A stretch of DNA of 64,000 nt, from the NCBI GenBank assembly GCA_000165425.1, contig CT868658.1:1-64000 (forward strand), read 5' to 3'. This document shows positions 41,047 to 54,975 of the stretch, one piece after another (within the stretch, counting starts at the first letter, position 1; each line of letters starts with the position of its first letter). Origin of the DNA: Paramecium tetraurelia. Lineage: Eukaryota. The position numbers and the translations under genes are program-made. Under the pieces are notes generated by a model that saw only the letters and a program-made list of their open reading frames with translations, was not told the origin of the DNA and searched no databases.

Positions 41047-43002
41047 ATGAATGAAGATTGGACAACCAAGAAAGTAGACAAATATGTTGTTGTCAATAAA
41101 TAATTGGGGTAGGGGGCTTATGGTACAGTGTTTCGAGGATTTTTGTAGGAGGATGAAACCAAACAAGTGGCTGTGAAAACGATAAAGATTTCTGTAAATA
41201 CTTCGTTTATTGCTTAGACTATTTCAGACACGCCGAAGATGATCGAGCTAATAAAGAGAGAAATAGCTATCCTGTAGAAAATTAATCATCCAAACATCGT
41301 GAGATTATTTGATGTAGCAAGAACAAACAATTACCTCTACATGTTCCTTGAATATTGCGCTGATGGTGATCTCAAAGACTATATGGCTAAAAAGGATGAA
41401 AAGCGACTCAGCGAAGTATCTGTATATTGTGATTCTTTAGTTAGAAGCAGTCATATTTATTAAACACATTGTCGAAGGATTTAAAAGGTTGTACAAACAA
41501 AAAATCATACATCGCGACATTAAACCTGCCAATATACTTCTTCATTAAGGTGTTGCCAAAATCACAGACTTCGGTTTTGCTAGAGTTATGGACACTGAAA
41601 TGAATGGTAATAGATATTTTTAAATCCTTTTTAGATCCTGCCTACTTATCAAGACTTGGGTCACCTCTCTATATGGCACCATAAATCTTGGAGGGTTAGC
41701 CATTTTCAGCGAAGTGTGATGTCTGGTCTGTTGGAGTCATGTTTTATGAACTTCTGTATGGTCGTCCACCTTGGGCAGCAGAAACAGCATTTTAACTCTT
41801 AGAGAATATCAAAAAATAAGTATGTCGAATCTTAAATTTAGCCTCTAAAATTCTTGCCAAAACCAGTAAGATCACAGAAAGTCAAGGAACTCATCACTCT
41901 GATGTTGAGAGTTTAAGAGAAGGACAGAATTTCATGGGAAGGAGTGTTCGAGGATCCAACTATAAAGATAGATGAAGAAATTATGAAGGAAAACATGAGG
42001 AATATTTTAAGAGAAAAAGGTATGGCAATTATAGATATGTATTTATAGATGAGGTATCTAAATCAATCAGTTTGAATAAATTATATATTGATTAAAATCT
42101 AGTTGTTGGATATTTGGCAAAGAATCCAATAAATACATTAGAAAACTCTAATCAATCAACTTTAGATGCTTCATCCGAAGCGAGATCACAATCTGCTAAA
42201 TTTTCAAGCTAATTTGACTCTGAATCAAATGTTTGACATTTTAATTTATAATTAGGGTGAAATAATCATGAGCAATTATAGAAATGAAAAAAAACGAAGA
42301 GATGCTATGTTAAAATACAATAACTACTTTTTGTTTGAGAGAAACATCGCATTCTTCTTCAACTTTGTTATCTAGAAAGTGATAAAGCTATAGACCATCC
42401 AAATGCTCTAATTAGCCAATGACAATTACTTTAGATTAATATATCTTATAGCTAAAAATCAGATGGTCCATTTGGAAAGAGTCAACTAGCAATTATCGAG
42501 AAAGGAACATGATAAATTTGATAAGGAAACTTGGGGAAGATTCTTGGTCTCTTAAGTATGCTATTCTTATTAAATTTTATAGGAATATTAAAAACTCACC
42601 CAACTCATTTAAATGGATATGAAACACTCATCTGAATTCTTTGCTGAAATCTCAAAGAAATGCAATCAAGTTTAATAGGAAGAATTGCAAAATGGAAAAG
42701 CTTCAAGTTAGACCACCAATTTGATCAAGAATTTCTTATCAATTCATAACAATAACTTTGAAGCCAATGATACCTTTCACATGTTATATCGAGATGTAAT
42801 TTTAGAGAACTTAAAAATTATTAAAAATTTGAATAGCAAAGAAACTGAGGCTAATTTACTCATCATTTATTTGACCATATGTTAGAATCCCTACGAAGAA
42901 TTTAAAGATATCAATTATGATTTCAATACTTTCTATGAGGAAACAGAAAATTTAAGTCTATCCGAAGTCCAAGAAAAGTTTCTAAAAAAAGGAATAAAAT
43001 GA
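41047..43002 (+). CDS. Ser/Thr protein kinase (ULK/ATG1-like ciliate family)
   Basis: LGQGAYGTVFRG, VAVK, HRDIKPAN, DFGFAR, GSPLYMAP, DVWSVG. Many tiny introns. Confidence 0.92.
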
Positions 43003-43066
43003 ATCAAAAGATATTATAAGAAATAAACATTTATTCATAAGGATTTATTATAGATAAATACGTTTA

Positions 43067-45357
43067 TCATTTGTGCATCTTTTCTTACTTTCTAGCCTTC
43101 TGCAATTATGTCACCTTATTCTTAGCTCTTATATATGCCAAAGCATCCTGATCCACATCATCCTACTCCGAAGGATCATTAATTGAATACTCCTCCTCTT
43201 TCTAATTCACAAGTGGATTGTTGATGTCTTACAAAGTTAATCCATACTTCTTCAGGAAGTGCTCCTCAAATTTTTGAACCAACAATTATTTTGACTAAAA
43301 TCTCATAAAAACTCAATACTTAAACGATATTTTAGTCTAATTCGTTAATCTCTGATTTCAAAGTTTTTATATTGGATTGGTTCTATTTTAATGACTTTTT
43401 TAGATCCTTCAATTCTTTCAAAATTTAATATTCCTCCTCATCTATAATTCCCTATGCAATTTCCTATATTCATTTAATTATTCTCTTACTTCCTAGTTTT
43501 TATTCTATTATTTCTAAGCAATCATTCCCTTCTTTTACTCTATCAAAGTTTTGAGTTTGTTTGAAACCTCTGACTGAGAGACAATGCTATCCTTCTTCTT
43601 CTTTCAATTGATTCTAAATGATAGATCTTATAAATGTTACAATATTTTCTAATATTTGTTGGTTAATTGAAGAACCCCTCTTTATTCTTAAAATCAGTAA
43701 ATGCTTGCTATTTATCCACATTGACAATTCTCTTTTCAATAGTAGATTCCTTGTTGGCCTCTGTAATTTAACTCTCCTTCCTTATTTCTTGTTATGCCTT
43801 TTCATCCAACTGTTTGAATTCATCCTTAGGAATATTGACTAAGTTCTCTATATTGGTTGTTGGTTTCCCATCCTTTCTTGCCTTACCTAAACCGAATCCA
43901 TGTTTATTTTCTTCATATCCAACAGGATCTACTGTTTTAACCTAGTCACTCTTCTTCTTTGAAACATCAGGTTCTTTTTCTGTTCTGGGAATGTAATTTT
44001 TATTTTCCAAATCTTTAACTAAATTTCTGTAGAGATTCCTAAATTGGAAGAATAATTCTTTGACTTATCTTAATGAGTCGATATCAATATCTTCAAGTTC
44101 CCCATTCAAAAATTGTTAGGCTATCTATTATTATTTGTATTATTGTTCAGGTGTATATGGTTCATATTATATCCTACCTCTATTAGCCAATGTATCATGC
44201 ATAGCTAATTCCTATCTCAAATCTTTGATTTCTTTTTCGTACTTTTTTATCAATACTTATGGATCCAAATTAACTCTTATGGAAGACTCATTAGTGACCT
44301 TCATCATTCTTTATGCGAATTTCAAAGTGGATATAGTTTCTTCCAATTGATTTTTCTCTGGCCATATATTAGCAATCATAACTGTCTTGCTGTTGCCTCC
44401 AATAGAATCTTTGAGAAGATTTGTCAATTTGCTTTGTCTATAGGGAATGTGATCCCTTTATTTCTCTGATAATGCTACGACTACTTATTCTAAAAATGAG
44501 AGTGATTTATTGATAAATTAGGCTTCCAATAGAGTTCTACCTTCTGATCCTGTTTTCTTTGTTCTTTCAGATCCTGCCAAATCCACTAGATTCAGTTTAC
44601 TAATAATGACTTTTTCAGCAGATTCCACTTTAGATCTTATCTCTAAATGGACTGTAAATACGCAATGAGATCTAGATGATGCTTTATTGAGTTTATGTTC
44701 ACTGATTGTCCTATTGGTTTCTCCTTCAAATAATTAAGCTATTGCATCTTCTTCGGTTTAGCATCTTTTGATCGTCAATCCTTTGACTTACACATAGCCA
44801 TTGTTGTCTTCCTGGATTGCCAAACCAGAGCTATTGTAAGTTATGAATTGATTTACTTTTGATCTCCTCCAGCCAATAAATCATACATCATTTCGTTATA
44901 TATCTCCAAATATGAAACTCCTACGGTAATTTATTATTCGTATCTGGCTTCAATTTCTTGAAATAGTAAACTTATGCATCTTGGCATCATTCCTCTATAT
45001 TTATAATCAATCTGAGATCCCATCATTGTGAATGTCTTTCCTGCTCCAGTCTACCCATAAGCCATTATGGTCCCTGAATATCCTCCAAGAGCACTGTGAA
45101 TTAATTCTTTGCCACATATGTCAAATACAACCTCTTGACTAGCATTCTAAAGAACCTTATCAAAAGTGAAGCCCCAATCTTCTTACTAATGATTCACAAA
45201 TCCTTTGATATGTTAAATCAACACTCATACCTTGTTCAGCTGATTTTGGTATATTAATTGCAATGTGTCCTGTATTTTCGTTGATATTGATGTTCTTATA
45301 TGCAAATTCAACAGTTGGTCGTGTGCGCACTATGACCTTTATTGGAGTTTTAACCAT
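43067..45357 (-). CDS. KIF9: Kinesin-9 (KIF9/KLP1-like ciliary kinesin)
   Basis: [65 protein letters not shown]-terminal [11 protein letters not shown]. Confidence 0.88.
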
Positions 45358-45471
45358 ATTTATTATAAATTATATATTTACTATCGGATATTCTAAATTA
45401 TTTATCTATGTAATAAATAACAATGTTTATTATTAATAAATAACGATGTTTAAATAAGAGATTAAATCAAT

Positions 45472-46769
45472 TCATGCTTCATCACCATCTTCATCCATCC
45501 ACAATTACGGTTAGATCTTCCAAACCTACAACATATTTTTATCAGCTTCTACACTTGCCATCAAATTCTTATGATTAGGATTCCAAGACAAATCATTCAC
45601 CTTCGATCTATGACCCCCATGATAAAACTAGAATGGTTACATATAATTACCACTACTTCAGGAGGTCCATCTCTCTCAAATTCCCTCTCCTGTGATTTAC
45701 CTACTCTCAAATAATCCCACAAGATAACTTTGTTGTCCACAGAACCTGTAGCCAACAAATTCTTTTTATGAGGAGACCATTAAAGAGTATATATGGCATC
45801 TTCATGATTTGAAAAGGAATAAATCTAATTATCTGGTTTTGTGATGTCAAACATTTTAACTTCGGCATCATTTGAACCTGTTGCAAAATACCTTGGTTCC
45901 AATTGATTAAATTAAATGCAATTAATCTCCTAAGAGTGGGCTTCCTATTGGATTTTCATTCCCTATTATGAGCGAGTGTCACATCTAATATACAAATACA
46001 TATTTACATCGCAAATGTTCTATCATCAGAACAAGATATGAATAGGTTTGGATCTTGGGGATGCCAACACACATCTTCAACTTCTTGACTATGGAAATTG
46101 TAAGACTTTATTAATTATCCAGTTGTCACATCCCAATAATATATCTTCTTATCATAACTAGCTGATAATAGGTGTCCTTAATTCTTAGGGTTCCATGATA
46201 ACCCATAACCTTCTCTTTCTTATCCTTTTAGAGACATCACTTTTTGGTGTTTATTTATATCATAAATGCCTTTATTTAATTATTGATTTTTATACTTATT
46301 TCACCAACACTAGTTTATGCTGCCAGAATACTTTTACTCATTGGCTATTGTCTGATCTTATTGATTTCATGTTACACTGGAATTTGAGATTCCTGTGTTA
46401 TCTTACCAACAGGTTGAGTTTTCCCTTTTGAATAAGTTTATCTGATTACATATATTATTTAAGGATGATGCATCAAAGTCTTCTTCTGTGTACTATGGAA
46501 GTGATAGTTTAAGCACATTAATGAATTCCTATTCTTGTCTGGCTGTTTATGTAGCCACAATTAATTTATGCACTTCGTTGTTATTTTGGTCTCTAAATTT
46601 AGTTAAAATAGAATAACATTTCAATTTCATTTAACCAAGTCACAGTCAGCGATGGCCAACTATTTTAGTGGCTTATGCAGATCTCATACATGAAAGGGAC
46701 ATTCTATTTCCAATTTTCGAATTGTTCACCCTAGGTTCTTTCCTCTTGAATTTCATTTTCTGCACTCAT
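45472..46769 (-). CDS. RbAp46/48 (MSI1/CAF-1 p48/HAT2)-like histone-binding WD40 protein
   Basis: WKQNVPFMYE..WPSLTVTWL, EGYGLSWNP, VEDVCWHP, DGPPE..FYHGGHRSKVNDLSWNPN. Confidence 0.9.
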
Positions 46770-47547
46770 TTATTTAGTAAAATTTAATTATATTATTTTT
46801 ACTTAATATTATACAGTTTATTGCTATTAATTGCAGTAATGAATATTATAACTAAAATCGAGTACATTGAATTTCATTAAGAATCCTTAGAGTTCTGATT
46901 GAATCTCACAATAAATATTATAATCAAGTTTAAGAATATTATCAACCTTAGAAATTTACATTAGTTTTATTTAATTAAATTACTTTAGATTACAAAAGAA
47001 TATTATTAAAAAGTAATTTCCTAGATAATTTTTGTTTACTATAAAATGTTTTTTCTCTAAATCCTTTAATTATTTAAATAGAATTAAATTCAACTTAACA
47101 AAAAGTATTATTTCTTGATTCATTAGATATTCTTCCTAACAATACCAACTATGTTTACTTCCAAATATTTTGGGTTACTAATTATTTAGAAAACTAAGGA
47201 TCAGTATTCCTTTCTTTTTCTGTTTAAGATTAGACCAATGTCATAGACATCCTTCCACTGTTTGTTTATGCATATTTTATGAATTTAATGAGTATTTGGT
47301 ACATCCATATAATAATTTAAATGAATATTAAAATTTCAGTATATTTATTAACTCATTCTCTTAACTGGTTGATGCATAATACCTAAAAATATAGATTTTA
47401 GAATATAAGGAATAGCTTACAGTTAAGATTCTAGAGACTTGGCAATCGATCATTTAATGTTGATTCTTCTTATATAACCAAAGAAGTAATGAGAATATAG
47501 GAATAAATCAAATAGGCTCCAATTAATATACTAAAAATTAAATTATA

Positions 47548-47943
47548 ATGCAGAAATCAAATGTTGGTCCTAAATTACTGTTACAACTTAATGTAAAAGT
47601 GGGGCCGGATGATGATACAGTATCTGATGAGGCGTTTAGTTAAGTTTTCAATAAAACTTCCTTGATTAAAGATTAGTAAAGGTATGATGCGAAGGGAAGG
47701 CAGATTGGAAAAGGGAAGAATTATTCAATAGAATTTGATAATTGTGTCACGGTTTGTGTGTATGACCCAAATGACGAAGTGTTATAAATCAAAGAGACTC
47801 TTTCTCAAATTTCTAATCTTGATATAATGAAGGTTAACTTCAGAAACCAATACTATATTAATAATCAACAATAATTAACTGATTAATAAATAAGGCCGAT
47901 TCTAAAAAGAAAAGGCCCTATGTATCCAAACGTATTGAAATGA
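47548..47943 (+). CDS. Small 131-aa hypothetical protein (RYDAKGRQIGKGKNYSIEF motif; KVNF, PILK)
   Basis: Intronless code-6 ORF MQKSNVGPK...PILKRKGPMYPNVLK*. Confidence 0.7.
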
Positions 47944-48136
47944 GGATGGACATTGTGAGTTATTTTACAATTTTGATTCTATTTGTGTTTAATGTATACT
48001 AAATATTGTTCAAGAGAACTATTAATATTAATTTTAATGATGATAATTGAATGGTTTAACAATTTAGAGGAATTTAGATATTCCATTAGATTATAAAATT
48101 TACTTCATATTAAACAAATGGTTAATCAAAAAAATA

Positions 48137-49018
<882 letters not shown>

Positions 49019-49041
49019 TTTATTATTTATAATTCAATTTT

Positions 49042-49734
49042 ATGTAATTAGGCAGAGTTTGCTCATTGCATATTCTCTATTTTCTAACTCCCCAAGATTA
49101 ATGTTAATTACGATAAGTATCCTCATTCTGGGATCAATTATTAAAATATGCGTATAAATTGATCTTGAAGACTTGGCTGGATTATGCTAAATCCATTGAC
49201 CACTAAATCTCATATTTGGAATAACAGAAGACCCACTCCTCAGAACAGAATTCCACTCTCAAGTAATCATTTTATGAGTTTAATAAACTCAACGAAAAAG
49301 ATCTTTAAGTTATACGCAAACAGATACTCAATGAAGATTTGGAGAAAAATTGTCTCCACACTTTAATAGCCTTGTGTGGTTACTTGAATAACGGCTATTT
49401 GGAAGACAAATTTAATGATGAACAACTAATTTGCTTACAATACTTAAAACATCCCAATGTTTTAAAGTGGGCCCTGAAATTAGAAGAGGATTTTGAGAAA
49501 ATTACAGAAGAACAAATCAAAATTCTTATAAAATGCGATGAAATCTAGGAGAGTGTAGTTTAGGAAGAATCCTTTGCAATTCATAGATGCTTGCATTATT
49601 TATAAAATCTCAGAGAGTTACTTACTTCGCCTTACTATGTTTATCATCGATAACTTTAACGCTTGTATCTTATCAAGCAAAATACTGAACTCCATACTAT
49701 GACCTTCCAACTCTGGATGAGTAAGATTACCTGA
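49042..49734 (+). CDS. 230-aa protein: N-terminal F-box-like motif plus dynein stalk/MTBD-like domain
   Basis: Intronless code-6 ORF. HILYFLTPQDQCQLRQVSSFWDQL is F-box-like. See finding for the MTBD-like alignment. Confidence 0.6.
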
Positions 49735-49783
49735 TTTATAAATTAAATAGCCATATTTTTATATTATATCTAGATATTCATCT

Positions 49784-50618
49784 ATGTACATGCAGATCAA
49801 TGAAATGGATTTGATATTGCCATCCACAAAAACTACTGGAGCTCTGTGGTTAGGTAATATAAAGGCTGCTTAGAATATAATGAATCTGAGTAAGGAAAAC
49901 ATTCGAACTGTGATTACAGTAGCTAACAATGTTAATGTAAGCTATCCCAAACATTAGAAAATTATCCATAAAGTATATTCATCCATATGATTAGGTTTTT
50001 AAAATTCATGACAAAGAAAATGTAAATATCCAAGAACTGATCGAAATGACTAATGAAGAAATCTAACAGGCTATGAAAATTGGATCTGTTTTAGTGCATT
50101 GCATGGCTGGTATATCTCGATCAGCCACATGTGTTATTGCGTATTTAATGTATCAAAATAAATGGCCATTTGAAAAAACACTTAAATTTGTAAAATCTAA
50201 AAGACCCTGTGTCAAACCCAATGAAGGATTTAAAAAATAACTCATTTCATACTCCAACGAAATCTAAAAGAAATTAGAACCTTAACAAACCTATTCTACT
50301 GAAAACCCTTTAGCCAAATTAAGAAGACAATTGCATTAATCTCCAGAAGATTTGATTAAAAACACTTAATTAGCCAAATCTCCTAGGCATGAGATTAAGG
50401 TCTTGACAAAGGACTCTACAGAAGAAGAGAAACAGTAATATAGATAGCAATTAGCCTAAAAATTATTTGTAAATACTTTTTCTACTACCGAAAGAAATCG
50501 AAAATAATTAAAAACTTTGCTTGCCAATAAATCTACTAATGTTAAAGGATGTATAAGCATGTACAAATAAGTAGAGGAATCAAAATTGGTTGGGTTTCTA
50601 TCAGATCGTTTTAATTGA
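49784..50618 (+). CDS. Dual-specificity protein phosphatase
   Basis: ALWLGNI, IHD loop, VLVHCMAGISRSATCVIAYLM, RPCVKPNEGF. Confidence 0.93.
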
Positions 50619-50821
50619 TCTACATATTGATTCTAAATTTCAATTTAAAAATATATTATAAACTAATCAATCTTTTTAATTTAATAGATGAATCATGATC
50701 ACTTCTGATAAAATGGATCTAAACATAACTCTGTGATAGTACTTGCACTTACCGATTAATAATTAACAGAAATTTTATTGAAGCAATAATTCCGCTAATT
50801 AATTATTTTAACAGTTAATTC

Positions 50822-52294
50822 ATGTCTGAAGAAGAGATTGTTGCATGTGATCAATGCAAATAAGTGCCAGATAATTACTTAAGTCTGAATTGTAATCATT
50901 GTTTCTGCTTAGTCTGTATGGCTCAAAACTTTCTGAAAGTATTTTAATTTAGAATAATAGGGTGGAAGAATCTTCAAATTAGAAGGAACAGATAACATTC
51001 ATTATATATGTACGGTGTGTGAAAAAGACACTCCCTTAGATGATGGATCAGTATCAGTAGTTGAGAGTATCTGTCATCAATTGATTCAAACTAGTCTTGA
51101 GAAGGTTCGTGAAGAATAACATATTACTAAAGAAGAAAAACCCCTTCAATAGAGTTAGACTATTGCATAGCCTATAGCATAACCAAAATGCGATATTCAT
51201 ACCAAGGAGGATGCAACATTATTTTGTTTCACTTGTGAGAATAAATGTTTTTGTATTAAATGCCTGTTGAGACACGATAATAAAACACATGAAATATAGA
51301 ATGTGAATAGTTGTTTGAAAAGATTGAGGAGTAAAATGAATGATGCCACTCACACAATAGGGGCATCATTAGAATTAATGCAATTGCAATTAAAAAGAGT
51401 TTAAGACTAAGATTCTACGTTGTAAGAGGAGATGGATTATCTAACTTAAAGAGTGCAAGAATAGTCTCAATCATTATATCAAGTGATTCAGAATAAAGAG
51501 AAAGAGATTGTAACTCAATTAGATAATCTCAAAGAGATACAAGAACAACAGACTGAAAAAATGCTCAATGATATTCAGATGAAAATTAACAGTCTCATTT
51601 AATTGAGGAGTGACTTTGAAAACATTGGTTTGAGTGAATAATTATAACCTTCAGTGAGTATTCTCAACTACTATTCAGGATGTAAATAAATAATGCAAAA
51701 AGTCATAGGATAAATGAGTTTTAGTGATATTTTTAGTACTGTCAAATATTTCCCAGATAATGGTAATTAAGTATTTATTATGAAGATTAATTCTTTAGAT
51801 ATGACGAGTTTGAATTGAAAATGCAGAATTTGAAAGCACAAATTGATAGATTCCTTACTTAATAAAGATCAGTCTCTTAACATGAGAAGTAGAGTAGAAT
51901 TACTCAAAAATCAGCCATCATGGATTAGTTGTATCTTAGTTAAAGATGTCATACCTAAATGGATGAAAGTACTGATAGTTTTAAATCCCATTAAGTGTCC
52001 ACTTACTCTAAAATAAACACTCCAATCAATAATTAAAGGAATTTGTAAGCCAAGGTTGAGGAAATAAAATAATTATATTCAGATAGAGTGAAGACTTAAT
52101 AAAAGCTGTAGAAACAATAAGAGAATAGTCTGAATAATATTCAAAGGTCCTTTTCTGAATTAGCTAGTTTCAAAAAATAGACTGCTCTAAGTGCGTTAAG
52201 ATTATAATAAGGTTTATTCGATTCTAGAGTAACCAAGAAAGTATAATAATCTTAGTAACAATAATCACAAGAATCACAACAAGTACAAAAATGA
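50822..52294 (+). CDS. RING + B-box + coiled-coil (TRIM/RBCC-like) protein
   Basis: RING CDQC..CNHCFCLVC..CTVC, B-box CDIH..FCFTC..CIKC..H..H, then coiled coil. Confidence 0.82.
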
Positions 52295-52343
52295 TACCAT
52301 TTTAAATTTTTGTTAAATTTTAATAATAATTATTCATCTATAT

Positions 52344-53631
52344 TCAATTCAACCATTAAGACAGCTTCACCTCTTACATACAAGCTCTCTCGTTTGGATC
52401 AACCCTCAACATAGATGATACTAACTATCTCGCTTGATTACTAACAAAGGATGGATATTCCAATTTCCCTAAACATATCTTTCTGTACAGATCTTTCTCT
52501 GAATTACCACGAAATGGAAATACACCAGTTAAAATCTTATACAAAATAACACCACAAGCCCAAACATCAACTGATTGATCATAGGCACTCTTTTTAACTA
52601 ATTCTGGTGCCATATATTGAGGTGTTCCACAAGAACATGTCTATTTACCATCTACCTTAATTGAATATCCAAAATCAATAATCTTCACTTTTCTGGTGTT
52701 GTAGTCTATTAATAAGTTTTCGAACTTGAGATCCCTATGAGAAATGTTCAACATATGGATGTAAGCAATAGCATCTGCTATTTATCTGAATAATATTTTA
52801 GCTTCATCCTCATTTATTCTTTTGAATGGACGACCTTTCATAAAAGTTTCCAAATTAATGGGAGATGAATATTCCATAATTAAGAATATGGATTTATCAT
52901 TCTCATAAGTATGATACAAATTAATAATATTTGGATGCTTAATTAAATTTAAGATATCCACTTCTCTCTCCAGATTCTTAAGATGCATACTATTCATCTT
53001 CTTTCTATCGTATATTTTTATTGCAACTTCAATATCTAATTCTTTATTTCTTGCCATTTTCACTTCAGCAGTAGCACCGATTCCCAATGTCTTAATAAAT
53101 GAGTAATTGTCAATTCCTTAATATTCGATTGGGATTTCTATTAATTGGGAATATTCTTTTCTGATTACTGCATTTTCAGGATTTTCTCCAAATGAGCCTT
53201 ATTGTTGATAATTAGTCTTTAATATATTTCTAAGATTGTTTCCTAAATTCTTGCAAACTGGCATTGTCTTTTTCTTTTGCAGAGGCTAATAGTTTTCCTA
53301 TTTTGGAGAAGATTGCCTTTTGGTTTATTGGGTTTTGATGGGCGATTTATTGCATTACATTTTGTTGTGAATAGAAACAGAGCGTCTGTGAGTGTCTTCT
53401 CGGTTTTTGAGATATTTCTTTTTGAGATCAAATAGTTTAGAATGCTAATTCGCTAAGTATCCTTATGAACTCAATGGTTAATGACTCTTCTGATAATCTA
53501 CAAGGCTAAGTAGAAAGTTTACTTAAAGATTAATACATATTTGTTTCAGTTGGTTAGTCATCTTCTTAATTAAAGTAATCTTCTGGATTTGTCTAAAGTG
53601 TTCTTTGCTTGTGCTAATCGAATTGGATCAT
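52344..53631 (-). CDS. CAMK-group (MARK/SNF1-related) Ser/Thr kinase
   Basis: [46 protein letters not shown]. One 25-nt intron near the 5' end. Confidence 0.92.
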
Positions 53632-53951
53632 GTATTTAAACTAAAAATAAATCAGTTAATAATATATTTTTATAATAATTTTCGGATTATAAACCTTATT
53701 ACTTCTATCGAAAATAGGTCGAATTATATATAGACACCTTTTTTTACAATATTGGCATTCTAGAGAATTACTTTAAATAGATTTATTGGTATAAATAAGT
53801 AAATATGTTTAATAAAGCAATCAGACAATAAAGTTAATACATTCTATGTTGATTTCTGCAGACCTGATGCTAAATTGAAAAAGGGATGAAGTTATTTTAT
53901 TATTCTGTTCTCTATACTTATTTGTTATAAGATTTAATTATTTAATTAAAA

Positions 53952-54891
53952 ATGTAGAGATTATAGGGTGCCACACTTAGTTTATGGAGTAGCTTTACTC
54001 CAGTTCCTTAGTATGCATTTGCAACACTGAATCTTAAATAATTGAAGCAAAGAATGAAGTCTGTAGGATCCATCAGAAAAATCACCAAGGCCATGAAGAT
54101 GGTTGCTGCATCAAAAATGAAGCAGGATGTGTAAAGACTTGAGAATGGCAAATATTTTGGTGTACGTTCTATTTAGGATTTGTTTGCAAATGAAACATAC
54201 TTGTAGAAAAAACAATTGACTTTCAAAATTAATAAGACCCTGTTGGTTCCGATTACATCAGACAAAGGACTTTGTGGTGGCATCAATTCATCAATTATCA
54301 GAGAAACACGTTCAGTGGTACGTCAAAATCGTAATGCTTTCAAACTGTTCTTGATCGGTGAAAAAGTATATGAATATTTAATCACACTTTTAGTCCCTTG
54401 GAGCATTACAAAGAGGATTTCCTGAATTGCTCACATAGGCTATCACAGCTATTCATACACCTATCAATTTTGTTAATTCATCATCAATTGCTCATCAGAT
54501 TTAATTGAATGTCACAGATGATATTGATTAAATAGCTATAATCTTCAATCAATTTAAGAATGTGGTGCAATAAGTGGTCAAGAGAGTTGATTTATTGAAT
54601 AGAAAGAATTTCATAGCTTAATTCAGATTGGTCACTAAATACGATACAGCTGAACCAGAGAAGGAATTTGTTCAAAATTACATGTATGAATATTATGTTG
54701 CAACTGCCTTCTATCATGCCATGTTGAACAATTTCGCTAGTGAAACATCATCAAGAATGAATGCCATGGAGAATGCCTCTAAAAATGCTGGTGAAATGCT
54801 TGACAAATTGACACTTGAATACAATAAGGTCAGACAAGCTAAGATCACAGTTGAGTTATGTGAAATCATTTCAGGAGCCTCAGCTGTCTGA
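53952..54891 (+). CDS. ATP3: Mitochondrial ATP synthase F1 subunit gamma
   Basis: Presequence, then [67 protein letters not shown]. Confidence 0.96.
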
Positions 54892-54975
54892 TATTAAATC
54901 AAATCATTTAGAACATATATATATATATAAATATATTAAATCTGTTTTTATGCTTATTATATAAATTGTGTCTTT

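Noticed and set aside
46840..47545. Short ORF fragments on both strands
   Set aside because: Early TGA stops and an intron-like segment lacking AG. Probably remnants, not identifiable.
53690..53930. Possible snRNA/snoRNA (AAACCTTATT USE-like element, isolated CTGA)
   Set aside because: No matching C box, terminal stem or recognisable RNA family.
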